Positions 13,141-25,600 of a stretch of 64,000 bases of DNA are shown piece after piece. A program made the translations under genes and the position numbers. The stretch's first letter is position 1, and the number at the start of each line of letters is the position of its first letter. The notes beneath the pieces were generated by a model that saw nothing but the letters and a program-made list of their open reading frames with translations, made no database searches and had not been told where the DNA came from. The stretch is from Lama glama (taxonomy: Eukaryota), in the NCBI GenBank assembly GCA_028534125.1, contig CM052817.1, positions 49,416,001-49,480,000 on the forward strand. Direction: 5' to 3'.

Positions 13141-14068
13141 TCCTGTAGAATCCAGGGGAAGTCCATGAAAACCAGGACAGAGCTGCTCCAGTGTCATTCT
13201 TAGTCTCCTGCTGGTCTGGGGGGACTGTAATAGGAATCCAGGCTGGCAGACTTGGAGCAAATTGAGAAGGAGGATTCTACAAGATCAGTAGCAAGTGCTG
13301 TGAAAGGCGTAAGACTGAAAGGTCAAGGGAACCTGAGGTACTAAGAGATTCTGGTGACCTGCTTAGGGCTAGCCCAGTGAAGAAGAAAAACCTAGAAACT
13401 CATGCTTCCACAGTTAAGTCTGTTAAGCAGGAAGAACCCAGGGTTTAAAACCAGCTCAGAGGTTGCCCAGGTCTGAGGAGTCCAAGGAATGTACCTGATG
13501 GTGCTCTACCCTCTGATCCTTTAACGAGTGCTGCGTTTGTTCCCTTCCTCCCTTTTGAATGGGTACCAACTTAGTTCTCTTTAGCAGCTGGAAGACATTC
13601 CTCCTAAACTTTCCTCTACTTGCTCTAAGAAAGCACCCCAAGGCAGTAGGACCTGGTTTCTTAGGTACTGGGGACAATCGGATCACTGCTTGGACTCTGC
13701 TTAGAGGAGGGATGGTAAGTAGCCTGCCTTCATGGCTTTCCCTTTCCCTCTCCCTTCTTATTCCCATGTCATACTGCTCTAGTTTTCCCAGAGTTTTACT
13801 AAGCCCACCTGCAGCTCCTGGCCATCTGGATGCTGTCCTCTGGATAGCCATAAAATACAACGGGGAGTGGAATCTGTTTGCCTCCCCTCCTCCACAGGAT
13901 GTCATTGTGGGAATCAGGGAAGAGAAAGTGGCAAGCCAACCCTGTGTCTGCTCTGCCTTCCACTCTTCCGTGTCTCTCATTCAAAAGGAGAGGAAGAGCC
14001 ATTAAGGAATGGAGAAGACTCTGTGTTACTTACCCACTTCTGAATAAATATTTGTGACCCCTAAAAAA
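13141..14068 (+). pseudogene. Probable 5'-truncated processed pseudogene (CDS end plus 3'UTR), parent unidentified
   Basis: Non-repeat, mRNA-like sequence that abruptly replaces an MLT LTR start (13060-13140). Decayed reading frame ends ...RASPVKKKNLETHASTVKSVKQEEPRV* (TAA 13446-13448). AATAAA at 14043-14048, then an A-run at 14063-14068. Confidence 0.55.
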
Positions 14069-14069
14069 T

Positions 14070-15349
14070 GGAGGAAGGATAGTCTCCCCAATATATGGTA
14101 CTGGGAAAACTGGATATCCACATACAAAAAGAATAAATTAGACCCCTATCTTACACAATACACAAAAATCAACTCAAAATGGAGTAAAGACTTGAATGGA
14201 AGGCCTGAGCCATAAAACTCCTAGGAGAAAACATAGGGGTAAGCTCCTTGACATTGGTCTTAGCAATGGTTTTTTGGATTTGGCAACAAAAACAAAAATA
14301 AAGAAATGGGACTATGTCAAACTAATAAAAGTTTCTGTACAGCAAAGGAAACCATCAATAAAATGCAAAGGTAACCTATGGAATGGAAGAATCATAACTC
14401 TGATAAGGGGTTAATACTAAAAATAAATTTAAAACACACAAAAGTCAATATCAAAAAATTCAAACATTCCAATTAAAAGTGGACAGAGGAACTGAACAGA
14501 CATTTTTCCAAAAGAAGATATACAAACAGCCAACAGTTACGTGAAAAATTGCTCAACATCACTATCATCAGGGAAAAGCAAGTCAAAACCACAATGATAT
14601 ACCAGCTCAAATCTATTAGAATGGCTACTATCAAAGAAACAAGAAATAGCATGTGTTAGAGAAGACATGGAGAAAAGGGAACTCTTGTGCACTGTTTAGT
14701 GGGAATGCAAATTGATGCAGCCATTATGAAAAACAGTATGGAGTTTCCTCAAAAATCGAAAATACGATTGTGACTACCACATGATTCAGCAATTCCACTT
14801 CTGGGTATTGACCTGTAGGAAACGAAAACACTGTCTTGAAAAGATATCTGCATCCCCATGTTCATTGCAATATTATTTACAATAGCCAAAACCCGGAAAC
14901 AACCTCAATGTCCAGCAATGGAGGAATGCACAAAGAAAATATGATATAAAAAAGAAGGAAGTCTTGCCATTTGTGGCAACATGAATGGACCCTATGGGCA
15001 TTATGCTAAGTGAAGTAAGTCAGACAAAGAAAGACAAATACCATATGGTCTCACTTATATGTGGAATCTAATTGAAACAAACAAACCCCAAACCAAAACC
15101 AAATAAACCTAGCTCATGGATATGAGGTGGGTGGGTGGGTGGCTGGGGAGTGGGCAAAATTGGTGAAGGGGGTCAAAACGTACAAACTTCTTATCACAAG
15201 AAAAAAAATTGTAACTACATGTGGTGGTGGATATTAACTCAACTCACTGTGACAATTGTTTCACAATATATACATATACCAAATCATTATGTTGTACACC
15301 TAAAACTAATACAATGTTATATGTCAATTATATCTCAATTTTAAAAAAA
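14070..15349 (+). mobile_element. 5'-truncated L1 (end of ORF2 plus 3'UTR)
   Basis: GGGAAAACTGGATATCCACA, AGACATTTTTCCAAAAGAAGATATAC, GCAATTCCACTTCTGGG; ends GTCAATTATATCTCAATTTTAAAAAAA. Confidence 0.92.
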
Positions 15350-16029
15350 TAGTAAGGTAGGCAGAAATGGAGAGACACACAAAGAGAAACCAGAGTCCAT
15401 GAATTTTAAAAAGCCATAGAGTCAGAGTAGAAGACTAAAAGGTTGTTAGTGGCACAACAGGTGATCAAAAATGAATCGAAGCTAACTCACCATAATGATG
15501 GCTTGATGAAGGGGAAAGAAATAAGAAATTCCCACTTCTAAGAGGTATTTGCTAGCATTGTTATTAAGTCAGTAAAACTTTTGAAACAATTGGAGCTCCT
15601 TTTACATCATAAATTATTTTCCAGTTGTTTATCTTTCATGGCACTTGCTTAAAATGTGAATTAGGTACCTTACTGCTCCCTACAAGGAGTCCAACATGCT
15701 TCCCAACTGTGAATTTTTCTTTCTACTTTTTTTAATAGAATTTAATTTTAATCAATGTTCCATAGTATGTACACCTTGTATAAAGGAAAACTATGCATGT
15801 ATTTATTTATTTTTGTCTTTTTAAGGTATCACCCAACCTGCTCTATAGTCCCCTGACACTTGCTGTTCTCGTTGTGGTTACCTGTGTACCTGGCTATCCA
15901 AACTGCTATCTAGCTTTCCAAACTCACAGTCATCTCTTAGCAGTAACTCATCCTTCAAATAGCCTTCCTATTTTTTGAACCAAAATTGGGATACATATAA
16001 TTTGAGTGCCCACCATCTGCCACACATGG

Positions 16030-16178
16030 TGGGGTGTCGCTGCAGGACCTTGCTTCAGACATGTAAGATCCCCTATCTATTTAACTATTGATGTCTCTGT
16101 CACTGACTCTGGGCTCTTTCTTCAGTCTTGAGGCTGGGCAAGTACAGGGCTTACAGGCCTGTGGGGTGTAGCCCAACA
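16030..16178 (+). mobile_element. 3' fragment (R-U5) of an ERV LTR
   Basis: Ends ...GGCCTGTGGGGTGTAGCCCAACA, a typical LTR terminus, and abuts the following L1. Confidence 0.55.
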
Positions 16179-16895
16179 GAAGGTTTCTCAAAAAACTAAA
16201 AACGGAACTACTATATGGCCCAGCAATTCTACTTCTGGTATATATCCTCCAAAACCCAAAAATACTAATTTGAAAAGATACATGCACCTCAATGTTCATA
16301 GCAGCATTATTTATAATTGCCAAGATACAGAAGTAACTTAAGTATCCATCGACAGATGAACGGATAAAGAAGATGCGATATATATATATATATACTACTC
16401 AGCCATAAAAAAGAATGAAATGTCGCCATTTGCAACAAAATGGATGGACTTGGAAGGTATTATGCTAATTGAAATAAGTCAGACAGAGAAAGACAAATAC
16501 TGTATGATATCACTTATATGTGGAATCTAAAAAATAAAGCAAATATATAACAAAAGGAAACAGACTCACAGATCTAGGGAAAAAAACTAGTGGTTCCCAG
16601 TGGGAAGAGGGAAGGGCAAGATGGGGATAGGGGATTAAGAGGTACAAACAATTATGTATAACAAAATAAGCTGCAAGAATACAACACAGGGAATATAGCA
16701 ATATTTTATAATATTAAGCTATAAATATATAAGCTATACATATAGTTTATATATATTAAGCAGTATGTTATAATAGGCAATATTTTATAACTATAAATGG
16801 AGTATAACCTTTAAAAATTGTAAATCATTAGATCGTACACCTATAACATTTAATATTGTACATCAACTCTACTACAATTTAAAAAAATAAATAAT
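16179..16895 (+). mobile_element. L1 3' fragment (cetartiodactyl-type 3'UTR)
   Basis: CCCAGCAATTCTACTTCTGG...GTCAGACAGAGAAAGACAAATAC...GGGGATTAAGAGGTACAAAC...TGTACATCAACT plus an A tail. Confidence 0.92.
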
Positions 16896-17007
16896 TGAAA
16901 AGTTGTATTGTTATCAATTGTGTTATTGCTTGTTTGAAGGAACTTACCTTCTAGTATAGTAGAAGTAGTAGATAGTGGAGTAAACGGTATTTTGACTCCT
17001 TTAATTG

Positions 17008-17433
17008 CTGGTGAGCTGGTAGATATTTAACAACCAGCTCTCCAGAAGGAAAAACCTTCTTTGTAGTGTTTGCCAATTTCTGTGATATGAATACTCCCAT
17101 CGTGACCTATTTGAAGCTACCAATGTGACATCACATCACTGAACAGAGTTGAGAAGTACGTGGTAACACACAATTAAATAGTATTTTTTATCATACAGGT
17201 GCAATAGATGTAAATAACCTCAAGAACATAGATAATATTACAGCTTAGTTAAAATAATTAGGAAGTGGTGAGTTTTGATATGTTTTACTTTATTTTTAAT
17301 ATAGTTGACTTAACTATACCTTTATATAATCTAATTTTAATAATTCCTGTGTTTAACAACCAAGTTTCAAAATTTGTGAAAATCTAAGTTGGCTCTTATA
17401 AGCCATTACGAGCCAGTTCCAGCATACTACTGT
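17008..17433 (-). mobile_element. MER63-like hAT-Blackjack DNA transposon
   Basis: CTGGTAGATATTTAACAACCAGCTCTCCAG...GAGCCAGTTCCAGCATACTACTG resembles the reverse complement of recalled MER63B. Confidence 0.75.
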
Positions 17434-17799
17434 CCTTAACTGCCCCTCAGACACACAGCTCCGAGTGGCCATATTTGTATAGTTACAGTCCCTCCTGGCC
17501 ACAGCTGCTGAGAGCAATGTAGAATTTAGAAGAGAATTAAGACTGAGAATCATTTTCTTTGTGTGACTGAAGCTATAACTAACACGTGAATATTTGAAGC
17601 TAATCACTTTTTGACAATAATATGGACTGAGTAGCAGATAAGATTAATCTTTCAGTAAAGAATAAGAAATGCAGAGGGAAAAGCAGAAAAGGAAAACACA
17701 CATCTTAGCTGTCTTACAGCATTCTAGTTTTCGGCTGCAGTTTTTTTCTGAGTCATGATTGCATTTTATTCTTGGACTTGGGCAGATAACCTTACCTCC

Positions 17800-18125
17800 T
17801 GTTAAATGAATTAAACAAGGAGACCATCACACTGAGATGGCTCTAATGCCATGGCAACTGATATAAGCAAACCAAAACCTAAGCCTGTAAATGCCTCAAG
17901 GTTATGAATCAAACTGCTAAGGACAAACAGGCAACTAAGCTTTAAGCTATAGCCAGTCAAATATTTTCCTTTCTTTGTTTCTACGCTTTCTCTGTATAAG
18001 TCTTTCCCCTGACTCTTGTCAGCAGAGTTCTCCTAACCACTTCCGGTTTAGCACTCTCCACTTTGAATCCATTTTTGCTCAAATAAACTCTTAAAATATT
18101 TAATATGCCTCAGTTTATCTTTACA
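17800..18125 (+). mobile_element. ERV1-like solo LTR
   Basis: TGTTAAATG...TTTACA termini with an internal AATAAA. Same family as 20830-22226. Confidence 0.8.
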
Positions 18126-18900
18126 CACTGGTGACAATGCAAAATGGTACAGCCACTCTGGAAGGCAATTTCTTACAAAATTAAGCATACTCTTACTGGG
18201 ATCCAGGAATCACCCTTCTTGGTTTTTAACCAGAGGAGCTGAAAATTTATGCCCATAGAAAACCTGCACATAGATGTTCATAATAGCTTTATTCATAATT
18301 ACCAAAATCTTAAAGCAACCAAGATATTCCTCAGCAGGTAAATAGATAAGTAAACTGTGGTACATTGAGACAACGGACTATCATTCGGCACTATAAAGAA
18401 ATGAGCTACTAAACATGAAAAGACATGGAGGAATCTTAAATGCATCTTAGTAAGTGAAAGAAGCTAACCCAAAAAGGCTGTATACTGTATGATTCTGAAT
18501 ACATGACATTCTGGAAAAGAAAACTATGGAGACAGTAAAAAGATGAGTGGTTGTCAGGGGTTGAAGGTGGGGGAAGAATGAAAAGGGGATCACAGAGTAT
18601 TCTTAGGGCAGTGAAACTACTCTGAGTGATACTATAATGATGGTTACATTACATTATACATTTGTCCAAACCCAAAGACTATACAACATCAAAGGTCTAT
18701 TTAACATAAACTATGGGCTTTGGGTGATTATGATGTGTCAATATAGTTTCACTAATTATAAGAAATGTACCACTCTGGTGGAGAATGCTGATAGTGGGAA
18801 AGGCTATGCTTTGTGGCAGGGGTTATATGGGAAGTCTCTATACCTTCCTCTCAATTTTGCTGTGACCCTAAAACTACTCTAAAAAAATAAAGTCTTAAAA
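18126..18900 (+). mobile_element. L1MC-type 3' end fragment
   Basis: AATGCAAAATGGTACAGCCACT...CATTCTGGAAAAG...TTATACATTTGTCCAAACCC...CTAAAACTACTCTAAAAAAATAAAGTC. Confidence 0.85.
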
Positions 18901-20308
18901 TCATTAGGATACTTCTTATTTGGGTAAGTTTGGTTAAATTGTGCCAGACTTTCTAAAGCAGGTTTGAGGCCAAATTTCCAGGGACATTTTAGACATTTTT
19001 GCAGGCTAAGTGGAACACAGATGTGCAGCACTACCTTTGTGCATGTGTGTCTAGGACATGGACACAAGCTGTGCTCCTGTACATCAATGCTTCCACCTAA
19101 ACTGGCTCATTTGACCAGAACAATCAGTTCACACACCAGTGCAAGCAAAGAAAGGTGTAATAAAAAGAGGGAAAGAATGAAAGGCATTTAAAAGCTGAGT
19201 AGTTAAATTTACACTTAGTTAATAATTGTATTTGTTTTTCAAGGGCTACTTAGCCTTTTGGAGAAAGAAAAACAAGGCAGAAAACGGATTCAGCATTGGA
19301 ACTGATCTGTGCAGTATTTCTGTAGGTAATCTTATCTATCTGCCTTATCTCCCTATTAATCCTTAATTTTATCCAAAACCTAAGTAGCTGGATCTATTTC
19401 CTCAACTTACTCCCCTTCTTGCCTCCTCACGTTTTTTTCCACAAGTATTTATTATACATCTATTGCATGACAGGCACTGCCCAAGACATTGTTTTTTGTG
19501 CCAAAACAAGGAGTTTGAACTTCATCCCCCAGATCGGGACTTCTCAAACTATAGTGTGTGTAAGATTCATAAGGAAAACTTATTGAAAATACAGATTCCA
19601 GGTATTGAATCCAGAAATCTGATTCAGGGCTTGTTTAAGTCTGGGAACCTGCCATATTAACAGGCATCTTAAATGACTGAAGTGATTGGATTTACATTTG
19701 AATATAATAACTCTATCAACTTCTCTATGCATCTTGTAATTTGGTTTGTGATGAGCCTGCTTCTGGAAATTTTTATCTCTCTTTAGGAACTCTTGGATCA
19801 GGCTCTCTGATCTAATTGTGACTCTGCCACTTAGGAGCTATTGGTCAAATTAACCTCTTCCTAGTCTGCCTCTTAATCTGCAGGTATGTGGGTATCAGAA
19901 TACCTGCTTCAGAGAGTTACTGTGTGGATTTACCAAGTAAAGCACGCGTGCCATCTGGCACATAGAAGTAAGTGCTTAAAAGATGGAAGTTTTATTGTTG
20001 CTGTTATTGGTAGTAGTTTTACCACAACTTTATTTCCTAGAGAGAAGAGGAGCAGGACATACAGTTTTAGCCACAATAAGTGGTTGGGCTTCTGGGGCAT
20101 GACTAGACAGATGATTGCGTCAAAAGAAAGACGTGTTCTGCCTTCTTTCTGCCTATTCCTATTATCTAGAAATAAGGCTGAGATCATTATGTTAGCAATA
20201 ATCATTTTATTTATTTTCCACGTATTTACTTATTAAATCCCTGGGTAGTGTGTTCTACCATTATTGCTGCTCTGAAATTTTCTTCTCATCGCTTAATTTA
20301 AAAGAACA

Positions 20309-20455
20309 GGGGCGAGAAGTGTGAGGTTATAGCTCAGTAGTAGAGCGCCTGCTTAGTATGCACGAGGTCCTGGGTTCAATCTCCAGCGCCTCCATTAAAA
20401 ACATGAATAAATAAATAAATAAACCTAGTTACCTAACCCCCCAAAAAATAAAAAT
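20309..20455 (+). mobile_element. Vic-1-type SINE
   Basis: TATAGCTCAGTAGTAGAGCGCCTGCTTAGTATGCACGAGGTCCTGGGTTCAATC; flanking repeat TAAAAGAAC. Confidence 0.9.
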
Positions 20456-20829
20456 AAAAGAACTAAAATTATACCTAGCTCAGAGAAGGAAATAACATCT
20501 GCTCTTGACAAGCATCTAAAAGATGTCATTAACAGAGATAAGGAATATAGAAGAAGAATCAGGATTGTAAAGAATGTAAGTTCAGTTTAGGTCAATTTCT
20601 TCACCATTTACATACACCTAGGGTCTTATATTCTTAAATGCTAAAATTTAATTGCATATATTATCTCATTGATTTCATAATCACCTTATGCAGAAGGTAC
20701 ATATGCAGAACATATAGGTGTGTTCTCAGGTTTACAAAACTTTTTAAGTGAAAATATGATGATTTAGCAGTTTCATGAAATGGAAGTAGGAAAAAAAATC
20801 ACTTAAAATTGACTGCTATTTCTCTCTTC

Positions 20830-21992
20830 TGTTAAAAGATAAACTGAGGCAAATTAAACATTTTGAGAGTATATTTCAGCAAAAAGCAATTCAAACTGTG
20901 CCTTGCCAAACTGGAAGCAGCTGGAAACACTGCACTCACAGGAGCTGGGGGAAAGACTTACAGAGAAGACTGACTGCAAAGTAAGGAAATTATTGATTGG
21001 CTATAGCTTAAGGCCTAATTGGCTGTTTAGGACTGGTTGACCTTGGTTTTTTTTTTTTTTCAATCAAAAAAAAATTGAGATATAGTTGATGTAAAATAGT
21101 ATATATGTTACAGGTATAAAATATAGTGAGTCACAGTTTTTAAAGTTATTATAAAATATTGTTTATATCCCCTGTGTTTTATAATATATCCTTGCAGCTT
21201 ATTTTGTTATACATAATTGTTTGTACCTCTTAATCCCCTATCCCCATCTTGCCCCTCCCCCCTTCCCACTAGGAACCACTAGTTTTTTCCCTAGATCTGT
21301 GAATCTGTTTCCTTTTTGTTATATTCACTAGTTTGTTTTATTTTTTAGATTCCACATACAAGTGGTATCATACAGTATTTGTCTTTCTCTGTCTGACTTA
21401 TTTTACTTAGCATAATATCTTCCAAGTCCATCCATGTTGCTGCAAATGGCAAAATTTTATTCTTTTTAATGGCTGAGCAGTATTCCCATGTACCTGTCTA
21501 TACACAGCACATCATCTTTATCCATTCATCTGTTGATGGACACTTAAGTTGATCCATATCTTGGCAATTGTAAGTAATGCTGCTATGAACATTGAGATGC
21601 ATGTATCTTTTCAAATTAGTGTTTCTGTGGTTTTTTTTTTTTTTTGGATATATACTAAGAGTGGAATTGCTGGGTCATATGGTAGTTCTATTTTTAGTTT
21701 TTTTGAGAAATTGTCGTATTGTTTTCCACAGTGGCTTCACCAATTTACATTCCAACCAACAGTGTATGAGGTTCCTTTCCACATCCTCGCCAACATTTGT
21801 TATTTGTGGTCTGTTTGATGATAGCCATTCTGACAGGTATGAGATGATATCTCATTGTGGTTTTAATTTGCATTTCTCTCTCGATTAACAATGCTGAACA
21901 CCTTTTTATGTGCCTGTTGGCCACCTGCACATCATACACATGTCCTCTTTGGGAGAATGTCCATTCAGGTCTTCTGCCCATTTTTTAATCGT

Positions 21993-22050
<58 letters not shown>

Positions 22051-22226
22051 TGTTGAGTTGTATGAGCTGTTTATATATTTTGGATATTGGTTGTCCTTTG
22101 GTAACAAAAGGTTTTCATTTGGTAACCTTGGCATTTATGGACTTAGGTTTTGGTTTGCTTATATAGGCTGACAGGGTATTTATAGCCACCTCAGTCTAAT
22201 GGCCTCCTTGTTTAATTAATTTAACA
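20830..22226 (-). mobile_element. Solo LTR (same family as 17800-18125) split by an L1 insertion
   Basis: 20830-21046 and 22088-22226 are reverse-complement matches to the 3' and 5' parts of the 17800 LTR. Confidence 0.82.
21047..22087 (-). mobile_element. 5'-truncated L1 nested in the LTR, carrying a (TG)n(AG)n microsatellite at ~21990-22050
   Basis: Poly(T) at 21047-21060, then antisense L1 3'UTR/ORF2. Degenerate TSD TGGTTGACCTTGG (21034-21046) and TGGTTGTCCTTTGG (22088-22101). Confidence 0.92.
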
Positions 22227-22697
22227 CAACTAAGGGAACAAGCAGAAAAATCACTAGATTAATTGTTCAGAAAAAAAACCAAAGTCACCCCTCCCAACAC
22301 CTTCCCTCTTTTCCCCCAGAATTAGCTGAGCAAATGAAACCAGGAGGAATGCAGGAATTCTACCATTTATGTGGGTTTGAGCCAAACTTGTTTTTAGGTG
22401 TAATCCTAAAAACAAATGCTTTTGAGGGAAACTGGGGAGTAGAGCAACAGAATTGCCGCTGAACTGAAAGGCAGAAAGGAAATCTTTTAAAATGCTCTGT
22501 CTTAAAAAAATCACTTTTAACTTTCCCTACAACCACATTGAACTACTCACATGAATGCAATTATTTGCTCTTAAAGACACAGTCGTCCTTTAAGAAAACA
22601 GTTTTTGACATAAATGATTGTTCAATTATACTCCAGTTTCATTAAATATTAACTTTGACAATATTAACTTTGACAATGTGATTTTTAAATTGATGTG

Positions 22698-23065
22698 TCG
22701 TATTCACCTTATGGATGAGCTATTGGCTATGGTTCAGTTGCTCACGGTTCTGTCGCTCAAGCAGGAAGGATTTATTGCCGGGGTTTAGACGGCTTAAACT
22801 CTTTGTGATGGCAGGGCTAGGGCGCTTCTGGGACCGACTTCCACCCTCCAGAATCACACCGCCACCCCTGCACTCCCGAAGCAGCACCGCCACTAGGAAG
22901 TCGTCAAACCGAGCGGCTGCGGCGGGCACAACAATACAGGCTCCGCCTGCGTTCGCAGCATCAAAACCAGCCGCTGAGGGTCCTGTCCACGATCTCCTGA
23001 CCCTGATTGGTGGAACCCAAACCCATCCGCCACCCTAACAGCGAGGGCATCTGGGTAACGTAGTT
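22698..23065. promoter_or_regulatory. Orphan CpG-rich promoter-like element with a ZNF143 motif and CCAAT boxes
   Basis: About 23 CpG in ~365 bp within CpG-poor DNA. Minus strand AACTACGTTACCCAGATGC at 23047-23065 fits ACTAYRnnnCCCR. ATTGG at ~22722 and ~23006. Confidence 0.65.
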
Positions 23066-25149
23066 TTTACTTTCCAACCTCAAAGGCACATAAAGAAAAA
23101 AAGTAGATGGGATGGAAGTAGCACATCGTATTATAATTCACCTAACCATTCCTTAAATTTTAGGTTTTTAGGTTCTTAAGTATTTTTCTCTATGATAAAT
23201 AAATAAAATAAATTCATAGAAGTAGAATCTCTGAGTCAGATGGTACAAGTACTTTTCAAGTTTTTTACAATTATTGCAAAATTGCCCTTTTGAAAATTTG
23301 TAAGTTTATACTCTTTTTAGCCATCCTTGTTCTATGTTGTCAATCATGATTAATGCATTCATTGTAGTTTTAAAAAGGAAAACGACACATCATTTAAAAA
23401 CTTAGCATTTCTTTTGCTAGGAAGTTTGAACGTTTTAATTCTCACCATAGGGGAATTACAGTCAAGTCTTTAGACTATTCATTTCCCCATCATTTCTCAG
23501 CAATGCATTCACACATCTCAGATGATGGGAAACGTTTCTTTTGTTCATCCATTTGTTCTGTTATTTTATTTTTTGTTATTTTAGTTAAATAACTTTAAGA
23601 TCTAGTGACCTATGTTCCTCTATTGGAAAACAATTCTCTTTAGGCTTTCAAGTAAATACCAAGAAAAATTTCTTCTTTCACTCTCTGCAAAATTCAACTA
23701 GTTTAATTTTAAGTTTAGTTTAAGCCTGTAGGCCTCAACTAAAATTAAGATTATGTAACTTGATGATGATGCAACCAGTTTAGTTTAGGTGCATATCCTA
23801 GACTTGAATTGTAAATGTTTGAATATTTATCAGTATGGTTTTATGAGGTTTGTGGGTTACATGTACATGGGTCCAGGCTCTGAATTTCTTGCCACTCACA
23901 GTAAAAGCCCTGTAAGGAAAGCAGCTCTGTGAGGAAGAGCTCTACAGCTCAGAGAGGTCTGAAAGGCCCAGACTTTCAGCTGTCATTCCACTGGCTGGAA
24001 TCCACTGATGAAGTCACTATCCTACTCTGATTTAATGCAGCTCGATGAATGCCCGGGGAACCCTCGGGCTGTCAGACAACAGTTCCCACATCTTTTTCTT
24101 CTAGTAGGAGCATGTACAGCATCCAGTCTCAAATGTTAAGAGAGTGATTGACTTTTGACTGTTCCTGGGGCTAAAGATCCTCTTTTTTATTCCCAGAATG
24201 AGCACAGGGAGATTTAGAGGAGGCATTAAGGACAAGGCTTGTTTTATTCATATTAGTGATTTACAGAGGAAAGAACTTGTTTTAAGTTCACCTTTGAAAC
24301 TAGTAACATTAATATTTGAACTTTGAAATATTGTTTACCAGATTAAGACAAGACCTCATACTTTATACTTAAGCAATTATCTTAAAAACCTGTGTTAACC
24401 ACGAGACGATAAACTGTCATTACTCTCCACCTAGTGGCAAGATAGGTTAATTGAAAGCTAGAAATGTTCTGACACTTGAGTGCTAGATCCAAATATTTAA
24501 AAAGACAACAGTAAGTATTACAGCATCAAATGAATCTTACCACCATTTCATTAAATTTTGATATAAATAAAAACTCTGTGTACAATAATCCATGATTATA
24601 ATTTGATGTTGTATGAAGTCATCTAATTTGCAAGTGAAAACCCTTGCTGGATGATAATCAGAATGCTCATAAATGCAGGCCTTTTCTTGAAAGTGCTTTT
24701 TCTTAATATCTTAAACATTTTATGACCTCAAAAGTCTTAACTGTTCTTAAGAAAATACCAAATTATAGTTTAATTGTTGCAGGGAGAAGATTTAGAAGGT
24801 ATGTTGCCAATCAATTTAGAGAAAATCACAAAATCAGAATTTGGTCACTGAGCAGGATATTTTTGGCACAAGAACTTTGCAAACTGGAGATATTAATCAA
24901 GGTATGATGGTACATATAACTAGCAAAGGTAGCTTGTAGTCCCAAGCTAAGCTGATGTTCAACACTGAGCCTATATCGAGTAGTTACAGTGGGCATCTGT
25001 CTGTTCCAATGTGTTCAATATTCTGTTAAAATTAGTTGGTGTCCATGCCATCTGGTTATTCAATCATCTGGGTATTACTCTAGATCCTAGGGGACACAAG
25101 AAAAAAATAACAAAGTGGGAGGAATGCGAGTACTATGAAAAGAAAGTAA

Positions 25150-25600
25150 ACAGAAATCTTTAGAGGATGCCAAATGAATGGACCAGACCAAATAAGAACT
25201 TTTAAAAAGCATAAGTAATAACCTTAGTGATCTAAAGGAGGAAATTGGAAACATGAATCAGAAAAATCAATTATGAAGGACCAACTGGAGATACTAAACA
25301 TGAAAAACCTACCAGACGAAATTATGTAGTAAGTCTCGTATCAGAAACACTTTACTACTGTTTTCTGGATACTTTTTCAGACTGAATACACTTGAAAAAC
25401 AGATTAGTGAACTGTAAGATCAGGTCAATGAACATTCCCAGAGAAATTAGGAAGGGACAAAGTGATACTAAAAAACTGAGAGAAAAGAGAGACGTTAAGA
25501 CACAGTGACACAATTTTGCAAAAGTAAAGAATGATATTAGTATCTAGATGGAAAGAGCACAGAGAAAGTGTTGAAATAGGAGAAATTTCAAGCTAAAAGT
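25150..25600 (+). mobile_element. Very old L1/HAL1 ORF1-like remnant
   Basis: A-rich coiled-coil-like motifs CAACTGGAGATACTAAACATGAAAA and AACAGATTAGTGAACT. Confidence 0.5.

Noticed and set aside
13456..14005. 174-aa and 148-aa ORFs
   Set aside because: They lie in the inferred 3'UTR of the retrocopy on opposite strands and have no recognisable protein features.
22645..22677. 15-bp tandem duplication AATATTAACTTTGAC
   Set aside because: Only two adjacent units without spacers; simple slippage, not an array.
23030..23046. PSE-like CACCCTAAC next to the ZNF143 site (snRNA-type gene?)
   Set aside because: Only a partial match, wrong spacing relative to the Staf site, and no recognisable small RNA downstream.
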